A DNA stretch of 64,000 nucleotides, from assembly GCA_031426555.1 (NCBI GenBank), contig JANPLN010000015.1, forward strand, positions 32,001 to 96,000, read 5' to 3'. Within the stretch, counting starts at the first letter, position 1. The number at the start of each line of letters is the position of its first letter. Below are positions 51,337 to 59,363 of this stretch, piece by piece. A program made the position numbers and the translations under genes. A model generated the notes under the pieces. That model was not told where the DNA came from, ran no database searches, and worked only from the letters and a program-made list of their open reading frames with translations. Origin of the DNA: Bdellovibrionales bacterium (GTDB taxonomy: Bacteria > Bdellovibrionota > Bdellovibrionia > Bdellovibrionales > JAGQZY01).

Positions 51337-51764
51337 TGCTAGCGCTCCTATTCAGCTTTGCGCTTTGCACAGCGCAAGCCCAGACATTTCCTAAAAAAAC
51401 CATCACCTTTGATAACGGAGTCACTCTGCGAGTAGAGATGGCAACGACGCCGCAGCAAAAGCAGCAAGGACTGATGGGGCGCACATCATTAAAGATGGAC
51501 CAAGGAATGCTTTTTGTTTTTCAACCCGCACAACCACTTTCGTTTTGGATGAAAAATACGCTCATACATTTGAGTATTGGTTTTTTTCGCGAAAATAAAA
51601 CGCTCTTTGAGATTAAAGACATGGAGCCCATCCATGGTCCAGTGCGAGAGGAATCACTCCCACGTTATGAGAGTTCAGAGCCAGCCATGTACGCCCTCGA
51701 GGTGCCAAAGGACTGGTTTTCTAAGTACAAAATCAAGCCAGGCATGAAGTTCCGGCTCAAATGA
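51336..51764 (+). CDS. DUF192 family protein
   Basis: GLMGR, GMLFVF, FWMKNT, YALEV. Confidence 0.9.
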   Translation: MLALLFSFALCTAQAQTFPKKTITFDNGVTLRVEMATTPQQKQQGLMGRTSLKMDQGMLFVFQPAQPLSFWMKNTLIHLSIGFFRENKTLFEIKDMEPIHGPVREESLPRYESSEPAMYALEVPKDWFSKYKIKPGMKFRLK

Positions 51765-51867
51765 AAGTCTGGGTTCTAGACCTTCTGTGCAGAACTTGTT
51801 TTCTTTTTCAGCAATAGTATTAATATAAGAAATGTCAGGAAGACGTATAACACCAGAGGACGGCACT

Positions 51868-53190
51868 ATGTTCAAAAATTTTCTTCTGATTTTAATTACA
51901 ACGATCGCACTCGCATCCGTAACAGGATGTAGCTTATTCAGTTCAGACTCTGAAGAGCAAGACACCGCAGTGGCGGAAGAGGAAGTCGGCGAAGACGTCG
52001 GTGAAGATATCGGCGAGGATGTCGAGGGTACGACGGAGGAAACCGCTTCGACCGATGAAGAGGCTACGACAGAAACCGCTTCGACAGACGAAGAAGATGA
52101 AGAAGAAGTTGTCGACGAATATCCAGATGACGACTACGGCGACGAGGAAGAAACCGCAGTTGCGAAGGACGATGAATTCGAAAAGCCACAAAAAGAGGAA
52201 GAAACTCTTTACGTAGATCGTTCTGAAGAAACTCCAGCTGAAGAACCATCAACATACAGTGAATCCACAGAACCAATTCAAGATAGTTACGATGGTGGTG
52301 GAAGCACGAGCGGAATGGTTTCCGTTAAGAAAATGAAGAAAACGCCCTATATGTCGAATGGTGTTCTTATCAATCGCCTTTACATTGCCCGTGACGGAGA
52401 GAGTCTTCGCACTGTAGCCGAAAAAGTTTACGGCGACGGATCACGCTCGAAAGATCTCGTCAGTTGGAATTCAAACTTCCGTGGAAAAGATCTTAAGGTC
52501 GGCGACAAAGTTTATTATAGCTCTGCCCGCAATCCACAAGACAACTCAGCGATTCTTCTTTACTACGAAGAGGCGGGAGTTCAACCGTCGTATCACACAG
52601 CAAAAAGCGGCGAGAGCATTCGCCGAGTGTCGCAAAAACTTTTAGGTCACGAAAGCAGCTGGAAAGAAGTGTGGGCCACAAACGATGTGGAATCCAAATG
52701 GGAAATGCCTGAAGGAACACAATTAAGATACTGGCCAGCGGGATCCGTGGGCGCCCCTGTGCAAGCACAGGCGTCGGCAAAAGATTCGGCTCCAGAGCCA
52801 ACACAACCCGAAGAAGAAGCAATGCCGGTGGAAGAAGCCACAACAACAGAGGTTGCTGCTAACGACGCTCCTCCAGTGGACGAATCACAGCCCATGGAAG
52901 AGCCGCCGCCAATGGATGACGGCGCCGCAGCTGGAATGGCGCAAAACGAAAACGCACCTCCGCCGCCACCGAGCGAAGCCACGCCTCCACCTCCGCCTCC
53001 ACCAGAAGCTATTCCTACTCCCGAGGCCAACAACATGGCGCAAGAGGGAACAGAGGGTGGTGGATTATCCGATATGATGGGCGGCGAGAACGACTCGATG
53101 ATGATGGCCATCCTCGGAGGACTTCTCCTGTTGGCCGCAATGATACTCGTTGTGTTTATTCGCCGCGGTCGCAAAAAAGCCTACGGCTAA
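51868..53190 (+). CDS. Lipoprotein with LysM-like domains, acidic and Pro-rich linkers and a C-terminal TM helix
   Basis: Lipobox VTGC; YIARDGESLRTVAEKVYG and HTAKSGESIRRVSQKLLG LysM-like units; C-terminal hydrophobic helix followed by RRGRKK. Confidence 0.8.
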   Translation: MFKNFLLILITTIALASVTGCSLFSSDSEEQDTAVAEEEVGEDVGEDIGEDVEGTTEETASTDEEATTETASTDEEDEEEVVDEYPDDDYGDEEETAVAKDDEFEKPQKEEETLYVDRSEETPAEEPSTYSESTEPIQDSYDGGGSTSGMVSVKKMKKTPYMSNGVLINRLYIARDGESLRTVAEKVYGDGSRSKDLVSWNSNFRGKDLKVGDKVYYSSARNPQDNSAILLYYEEAGVQPSYHTAKSGESIRRVSQKLLGHESSWKEVWATNDVESKWEMPEGTQLRYWPAGSVGAPVQAQASAKDSAPEPTQPEEEAMPVEEATTTEVAANDAPPVDESQPMEEPPPMDDGAAAGMAQNENAPPPPPSEATPPPPPPPEAIPTPEANNMAQEGTEGGGLSDMMGGENDSMMMAILGGLLLLAAMILVVFIRRGRKKAYG

Positions 53191-53213
53191 TTAAGCCGCG
53201 CTTACTAATTGAA

Positions 53214-53232
53214 CTCGCAGTTAGGCTGCGAG
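53214..53232. terminator. Hairpin between convergent genes
   Basis: CTCGCAG-TTAGG-CTGCGAG; only weak T tracts. Confidence 0.4.
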
Positions 53233-53253
53233 ATCTTTGATTGAAATTGGCGG

Positions 53254-53625
53254 TTAGGCCGCCAATTTTCCAAAAATGGAATTTAAAACTTCGCGTCGGG
53301 ATTCACGGCGCGTTCTTACAAAGTAAATCAAATCGTCAATAATCTGCACGTCTTGATTGTTTTCAGGATTAAATTGGATTCCTGCACCTTTGGTATTTTT
53401 CCAAACGATGGCTGCTTGAAGCACGCGCTCCCGGCCGCTGACTTTAAAATGCAAATGAATTTGGTCGTTAATATCAAGGCCTTCGGGAATGTGCTCCAAA
53501 AAAGCTCCCGTTAAACTGATATTAAGTAGGCCGCCCTTACTGGATGATCTGGAATATGTTTTGCGAAATTCTATAGGTAATACAAGTGGAACGCGTGGTG
53601 CCGGAGCGGTAACAACTTCAGACAT
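53254..53625 (-). CDS. PilZ-domain protein with a degenerate c-di-GMP motif
   Basis: PAPRVP in place of RxxxR; NISLTGA; IVWK...GAGIQF. Confidence 0.85.
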   Translation of the reverse strand: MSEVVTAPAPRVPLVLPIEFRKTYSRSSSKGGLLNISLTGAFLEHIPEGLDINDQIHLHFKVSGRERVLQAAIVWKNTKGAGIQFNPENNQDVQIIDDLIYFVRTRRESRREVLNSIFGKLAA

Positions 53626-53649
53626 GTAATGACCTCCTGGTATATTCTC

Positions 53650-53679
53650 TCATCGGGATAAGGTTAGTAAAAAATTAAA
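53650..53679 (-). promoter_or_regulatory. Putative sigma28 promoter of the PilZ gene
   Basis: Minus strand TTTAAT-N17-CCGATGA before an AGGAGG SD. Confidence 0.45.
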
Positions 53680-53900
53680 CAATCTGAGTCACATTCAGGG
53701 TTTCTGGACGTAAAAGAGACAATAAGCGTATCAATTCGAGAAGTTAAGAGCAGCCGACTAAGAGTTTGACAATAAACCGTGGTTTAAGTTACAAAAAAGA
53801 ACAACCGATAGGCACGGGTCAAAAAAAGACAGAGCCCAGCAAAAAATAACTGCCCCCCAAAATCCATTAAATCAAAAGTAAAAATTCCGGAGAATAAAAT

Positions 53901-55655
53901 ATGTCAGATGAAAAGCCCCAGAACCCATCCGAGGCCCCAACAAAAGAACCTGTTAAAGCAAAAAAAGCGCCTGTGAATGAGATGGAGGACGTCGACTCCT
54001 TAGGTGACCTCGAAGATCATTCAATGACTGAGGAGCAAGAGAAAGCCGCCGGAAGCTCTGGAGGCGGCGCGGGAGCCGCGGGCGGTCAGCACCGACGACG
54101 AGAAAATAGTGGCAGAGAACCAATGAACCGCGAACCGAGCAATCGCGACAATAAAAGCTTCAGCAATAATAATCGCAACAACAACAATAATAACAACAAC
54201 CGAAATCGCTTCAAAGACCGCAATAACAACAACAACAATAATAAAAACTGGAAACACAAAGATCGCGGCCCGGGCGGCGGACCAGGATTTCAAAAACCCT
54301 ACGACGACGACGACTTTGGCCCAGCAGCCACAAGCCCCTCAACAGCCATCTCCGACGAAAAAGTGGATCTCTCAGATATCAATCTGACGGAGGATGAAAA
54401 AGCGGCGTTGAGCTCAAAAGGCCTAAAAACAAAACACATCGAAGAGATTCTAAAATTTGCCGCCAAGCTGAAGCTGGAAAATGCTGCAGGGATGCGACGT
54501 CAAGATCTAGTCTTTGAAATTCTTAAGCGTGCCGCGCAGTTAGTGGATGTTTATGGAGACGGAGTTTTAGAAATCCTGCCTGATGGGTACGGCTTTTTAC
54601 GCTCGCCCGATTATAATTATCTCCCAGGCCCAGATGATATTTATGTGAGTCCTTCGCAAATCCGTCGCTTTGGTTTGCGCACAGGGGACACTGTCAGTGG
54701 AACCGTTCGCCCGCCTAAAGACGGGGAAAAATACTTTGCCCTACTCAAGGTCGAAGAGCTCAATCACGAACCGCCAGAGCGCTCTAAAGACAAAATTCTC
54801 TTTGATAACCTCACCCCTCTTTACCCCGACAAACGCCTCAAGCTCGAGCACGACCCCGCCGACTTCACAACGCGGATCGTGGATTTGATGGCGCCATTAG
54901 GGATGGGTCAACGAGCCCTGATCGTGGCACCCCCACGAACTGGAAAAACAGTTCTTTTGCAAAACATTGCCAATGCAATTTCTAAAAATAATCCCAATTG
55001 TAAACTTATCGTTCTGTTGATCGATGAACGTCCCGAAGAAGTGACGGACATGTCGAGAAACGTGCGCGGCGAAGTTGTGAGCTCGACGTTTGACGAACCA
55101 CCAACTCGTCACGTGCAGGTTGCCGAAATGGTTTTAGAAAAAGCAAAACGACTGGTGGAGCACAAACACGATGTGGTCATTCTTTTAGATTCCATTACGC
55201 GTCTCGCACGGGCTTACAATACGGTGGTCCCGCCGTCTGGAAAGATTCTTTCCGGTGGTGTGGATTCCAACGCTCTCCATAAACCGAAGCGCTTTTTTGG
55301 AGCCGCTCGAAATATCGAAGAGGGTGGAAGCTTAACCATCATTGCCACAGCCCTGATCGATACGGGTTCGCGCATGGACGAAGTTATTTTCGAAGAATTT
55401 AAAGGAACAGGAAACTCCGAAATCCATCTGGATCGTAAGCTCATGGAAAAACGCATTTTCCCGTGTATGGACATCAATAAATCGGGCACTCGAAAAGAAG
55501 ATCTTTTGATCGAAAAGGCCGACTTAAATCGCCTATGGATTTTGCGCAAGGTTTTAGCACCGATGAACGTTGTGGATAGCATGGAGTTTTTGACCGATAA
55601 AATGAAGGATTCCAAGACCAATTCCCAATTCTTATCCGGAATGGGCGGGGGATAG
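53901..55655 (+). CDS. rho: Transcription termination factor Rho with a roughly 170-aa disordered N-terminal extension
   Basis: [52 protein letters not shown]. Confidence 0.98.
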   Translation: MSDEKPQNPSEAPTKEPVKAKKAPVNEMEDVDSLGDLEDHSMTEEQEKAAGSSGGGAGAAGGQHRRRENSGREPMNREPSNRDNKSFSNNNRNNNNNNNNRNRFKDRNNNNNNNKNWKHKDRGPGGGPGFQKPYDDDDFGPAATSPSTAISDEKVDLSDINLTEDEKAALSSKGLKTKHIEEILKFAAKLKLENAAGMRRQDLVFEILKRAAQLVDVYGDGVLEILPDGYGFLRSPDYNYLPGPDDIYVSPSQIRRFGLRTGDTVSGTVRPPKDGEKYFALLKVEELNHEPPERSKDKILFDNLTPLYPDKRLKLEHDPADFTTRIVDLMAPLGMGQRALIVAPPRTGKTVLLQNIANAISKNNPNCKLIVLLIDERPEEVTDMSRNVRGEVVSSTFDEPPTRHVQVAEMVLEKAKRLVEHKHDVVILLDSITRLARAYNTVVPPSGKILSGGVDSNALHKPKRFFGAARNIEEGGSLTIIATALIDTGSRMDEVIFEEFKGTGNSEIHLDRKLMEKRIFPCMDINKSGTRKEDLLIEKADLNRLWILRKVLAPMNVVDSMEFLTDKMKDSKTNSQFLSGMGGG

Positions 55656-55678
55656 CTAAACCCGTTAAAAAAGCTGCT

Positions 55679-55734
55679 TAGTGTTTGCGCACCACTTATG
55701 GCTTAAAATTGCGCAAACACTACCCATAGTGTTT
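55679..55734. repeat. Triple inverted-repeat motif downstream of rho
   Basis: TAGTGTTTGCGCA (55679-91) and TGCGCAAACACTA (55710-22) form a perfect 13-bp IR; a further TAGTGTTT at 55727-34. Confidence 0.75.
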
Positions 55735-55769
55735 TAAAACCCGATAAAGGTCCAGATTTAGAGAATTGA

Positions 55770-55814
55770 TGTGGATAACTTTGTGGAATAGTTTGATTTC
55801 TGTGCATATCCCCA
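55770..55814. promoter_or_regulatory. DnaA-box cluster
   Basis: Perfect TGTGGATAA (55770-78) plus degenerate TGTGGAATA, TGTGCATAT and ATATCCCCA. Confidence 0.55.
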
Positions 55815-55914
55815 GAAATTCCAAGAAATGCCAAAAAATGGCAGAAAAATAGGCTCGACCTTGATAAATACATGTGTTAATTAGCTAAGTTCTCGAGAAA
55901 TGGAGTATTGCGTT

Positions 55915-56133
55915 ATGAAAGCAGAAATTCACCCAACTTATTATACTGAAGCAAAAGTCAGCTGTGTTTGTGGCAACACGTTCCTAACCGGTTCGGTTAT
56001 GAAAGAGATCAACGTTGATATTTGCAGTGCATGTCACCCGTACTTTTCGGGCAAGCAAAAACTTGTTGATACAGAAGGCCGCGTAGAAAAATTTAAAAAG
56101 AAATACGCAAGCTTCTACGACAAAAAGAAATAA
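55915..56133 (+). CDS. rpmE: 50S ribosomal protein bL31, zinc-binding type
   Basis: [35 protein letters not shown]. Confidence 0.97.
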   Translation: MKAEIHPTYYTEAKVSCVCGNTFLTGSVMKEINVDICSACHPYFSGKQKLVDTEGRVEKFKKKYASFYDKKK

Positions 56134-56148
56134 CTTTAGTTTCTTTGC

Positions 56149-57231
56149 ATGCTTTTTAACAAACTCGACGAGTTGGTGCAAAAGCACGAGTCGATAAACC
56201 ACCAACTTCAGAATCCCAGCATAGCAGCTCAGCAAGATAAATTTCGTCAGTTGATGAAAGAGCACGCTGAGCTCGATAAGATCGTTAAGGTTTATCAAGA
56301 GTATAAAACTCTCACACGAAATCTTGAAGAAAACAAAATCCTGCTCACGACGGAGTCCGATGAGGATCTTCGCCAAATGGCCAAAGAAGACATCTCTGCC
56401 ATCGAGCCGCGCATTGAGCCCCTTGCAGAGCAGCTAAAACTTCTTCTGTTACCTAAAGATCCCAACGACGATAAAAATATTCTTCTCGAAATCCGCGCCG
56501 GAGCGGGGGGAGATGAGGCCAGTCTTTTTGCCGAAGAACTCTTTCGCTCCTACGGCTACTTTGCGCAACAGCACGGGTGGTCTGTCGAAGTTCTTTCCAT
56601 TTCGCAAGGAAACGTGGGTGGCTACAAAGAAGTGATTGCCATGATCACCGGTGAAAAAGTTTATTCCACGATGAAATACGAAAGCGGCGTGCACCGCGTG
56701 CAGCGGGTGCCTAAAACCGAGTCCCAGGGCCGCGTTCACACGTCTACCATTACTGTGGCAGTGATTCCCGAAGCGGAAGATGTGGAAGTGAAAGTGAATC
56801 CAAACGACGTTCGCATCGAAACCATGCGCGCCAGTGGCGCGGGCGGACAGCACGTTAACAAAACCGACTCCGCCGTTCGCCTCACACATATTCCGTCGGG
56901 CATTGTGGTATACTGTCAGGAAGGCCGCTCTCAGCACGCCAACCGCGACACCGCTTTTAAGATTCTTTACTCGCGTTTAAAAGCCCAAGAGGACGAGCGC
57001 GTGATCAAAGAGGCTTCGGATGCGAGGCTTGCGCAGATCGGAACGGGTGATCGCTCCGAGCGCATTCGCACGTATAATTTTCCCCAATCTCGCGTTACCG
57101 ATCATCGTATCGGTTTAACAACTCACAACATCAACGGCATCATGAATGGCGAGTTAAATCCCATCATTCAGCCGCTGATGACCCACTACCAAACGGAAGC
57201 TCTCAAGGCGCAAGAAAATGCGTCTCGCTGA
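56149..57231 (+). CDS. prfA: Peptide chain release factor 1
   Basis: GVHRVQRVPKTES (PxT), GAGGQHVN, RTYNFPQ. Confidence 0.97.
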   Translation: MLFNKLDELVQKHESINHQLQNPSIAAQQDKFRQLMKEHAELDKIVKVYQEYKTLTRNLEENKILLTTESDEDLRQMAKEDISAIEPRIEPLAEQLKLLLLPKDPNDDKNILLEIRAGAGGDEASLFAEELFRSYGYFAQQHGWSVEVLSISQGNVGGYKEVIAMITGEKVYSTMKYESGVHRVQRVPKTESQGRVHTSTITVAVIPEAEDVEVKVNPNDVRIETMRASGAGGQHVNKTDSAVRLTHIPSGIVVYCQEGRSQHANRDTAFKILYSRLKAQEDERVIKEASDARLAQIGTGDRSERIRTYNFPQSRVTDHRIGLTTHNINGIMNGELNPIIQPLMTHYQTEALKAQENASR

Positions 57232-58072
57232 GACGACCGAAAAAATCACTGAACTTTTTAAGCAACACTCTTTGGCCAACGCTGCGAAAGAGGCTGAATT
57301 TTTTATGCGTGAGGTTCTCAACATCTCTTTGACGGATTTTGTTTTGCAAAAAAACAAAGTTCTTTCGTCGGAAGACACGGCCGAGCTTTTCGCCAAAGCA
57401 AAACGCCGCGCCAGCGGTGAACCGCTCGCGTACATTGTGGGCTACAAAGATTTTCTCAAAGATCGATTTATGGTGAATCCCTCTGTGCTTATTCCCAGGG
57501 CGGACACCGAAACACTTGTGGAGGAGGCCTTGCTCCTTTCGCCAACACCCCTGCGATTTGCCGACTTGGGCACTGGCAGTGGCTGTATTGGTTTGTCGCT
57601 GCTCGGTCAGTGGCCAGCGAGTCACCTCACAGCCATTGATATTTCGGAAAATGCGATTTTGGTGGCACAACAAAACGCTCAACGGCTCGGACTTACGGAG
57701 CGGGTGGAATTTATGTGCGGTGATGTGCTCGAGCCAAAGATTTCGGGTCTAATTTCTGGCCCTTTCGATTTGGTAGTGAGCAATCCTCCCTATGTGACTC
57801 TTGACGACAATCGACTTGAAAACGCCGTGAAACTTTACGAACCCCACGTCGCGCTTTATGCCGATGAAGAGGGGTTGTTTTTTTATAAACGGTGGACAGC
57901 TTGGGCCAAGCAGCGTCTTCGCGAGGGTGGTTGGCTGATCTACGAGTGTGGCGATGGTCAGACTGAAGATATTCAAAGCATTTGTTTGCAAAATGGCTTT
58001 AAAAACATAAAAATTATCAAAGACCTCGCGTGCAAAGACAGAGTGGTCGCAGCGCAAAAGCCCGATAGATAA
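57218..58072 (+). CDS. prmC: Release factor glutamine methyltransferase
   Basis: GEPLAYI, VLIPRADTE, DLGTGSG, SNPPY. Confidence 0.96.
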   Translation: MRLAETTEKITELFKQHSLANAAKEAEFFMREVLNISLTDFVLQKNKVLSSEDTAELFAKAKRRASGEPLAYIVGYKDFLKDRFMVNPSVLIPRADTETLVEEALLLSPTPLRFADLGTGSGCIGLSLLGQWPASHLTAIDISENAILVAQQNAQRLGLTERVEFMCGDVLEPKISGLISGPFDLVVSNPPYVTLDDNRLENAVKLYEPHVALYADEEGLFFYKRWTAWAKQRLREGGWLIYECGDGQTEDIQSICLQNGFKNIKIIKDLACKDRVVAAQKPDR

Positions 58073-58098
58073 TTCCGACGGCTCAACAAGGAGTGCTC

Positions 58099-59355
58099 AT
58101 GGATAAAATGAACGTTGTTAGTGGAGTGGCCCTCAAGGGTGAAGTGACAGTGAGTGGAGCAAAAAACTCTGTTCTTGCTCTGGTGTTCGCAAGCCTACTA
58201 GCACCGGGGAGACATCGTCTTTCAAATGTGCCGGCCCTTAAAGATATCGAGTCGGCAAATGCCCTCTTAAAATCCTTGGGCTGCGATGTGGAATTTGCCA
58301 ATAACGAGTTGATAATTCAGGTGCCCGAAATTTTAAAATATCATGCGGATTACGAAATCGTACGAAAAATGCGTGCGAGCATTTTGTGCTTAGGACCGCT
58401 TTTAGCAAGAACCCAAAAAGCCGAAGTCAGTTTGCCCGGTGGTTGTGCTATTGGTGCGCGACCGATCAATCTTCACCTTGAGGCCATGAAAGCTTTGGGG
58501 GCCGAGCTCAAATTAGAGAGCGGGTATGTGATTGGCCACGCCAAAAAATTAAAAGGTGCACATATTACGTTTGATTTTGCCACCGTCGGTGGAACCGAAA
58601 ACGCCATGATGGCAGCCTCCCTCAGCGAAGGCGAGACGGTGATCGAGAACGCCGCCAAAGAGCCCGAGATCGTCGATCTTGCCATGTATATGCAAAAAAT
58701 GGGTGCGAAGATTTCTGGAGCTGGAACCGGCACCATTACGATTCAAGGGGTTGAGCGTTTAAAGGCCGTGGAGCATGAAATCATCGCCGATCGGGTAGAA
58801 GCGGGCACGCTGATTATTGCAGCGGCGATCACCGGCGGTGAAGTGAAGATTAAAAAATGCGATCCCCACCATCTTGAAACGTTTTTAAAAAAACTAAAAG
58901 AAGCTGGCATTCGCATGACCATCGAAAAAGATTCGGTGACGGTTTTGCCAACCAGTTCTTTTAAGTGCGTGGACATCACCACGGGCCCCCACCCCGGGTT
59001 TCCCACGGATCTGCAAGCGCAATACATGGTTTTGATGACTCAAGGGCAAGGTGCCAGCGTCATTAAGGAAACTATTTTCGAAAATCGCTTTATGCACGTG
59101 CAAGAGCTCACGCGAATGGGCGCCCACGTGACAATTTCCACCAACACAGCAACGGTCCACGGAGAGCCGGGCAGTTTGATGGGCGCTCCCGTCATGGCCA
59201 CTGACCTTAGGGCCAGTGCGTGCCTGGTACTTGCAGGTTTAGTCGCCAAAGGCGAAACCACCGTGAGTCGTATTTATCACCTGGACCGTGGCTACGAGAA
59301 ACTTGAAGATAAACTCGCAAAATTAGGTGCCAGAATTCGTCGAATTAAAGAATAA
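58099..59355 (+). CDS. murA: UDP-N-acetylglucosamine 1-carboxyvinyltransferase
   Basis: GAKNS, MRAS, LPGGCAIGARP, PGFPTDLQ, ATDLRA, HLDRGY. Confidence 0.98.
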   Translation: MDKMNVVSGVALKGEVTVSGAKNSVLALVFASLLAPGRHRLSNVPALKDIESANALLKSLGCDVEFANNELIIQVPEILKYHADYEIVRKMRASILCLGPLLARTQKAEVSLPGGCAIGARPINLHLEAMKALGAELKLESGYVIGHAKKLKGAHITFDFATVGGTENAMMAASLSEGETVIENAAKEPEIVDLAMYMQKMGAKISGAGTGTITIQGVERLKAVEHEIIADRVEAGTLIIAAAITGGEVKIKKCDPHHLETFLKKLKEAGIRMTIEKDSVTVLPTSSFKCVDITTGPHPGFPTDLQAQYMVLMTQGQGASVIKETIFENRFMHVQELTRMGAHVTISTNTATVHGEPGSLMGAPVMATDLRASACLVLAGLVAKGETTVSRIYHLDRGYEKLEDKLAKLGARIRRIKE

Positions 59356-59363
59356 TAAAGCCT

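Noticed and set aside
51980..52110. Short repeats in the LysM lipoprotein (GEDV, ETASTDEE)
   Set aside because: Ordinary low-complexity coding duplication in an acidic linker.
55656..55914. Chromosomal origin oriC
   Set aside because: Only one perfect DnaA box, and no dnaA/dnaN/gidA nearby; kept only as a DnaA-box cluster.
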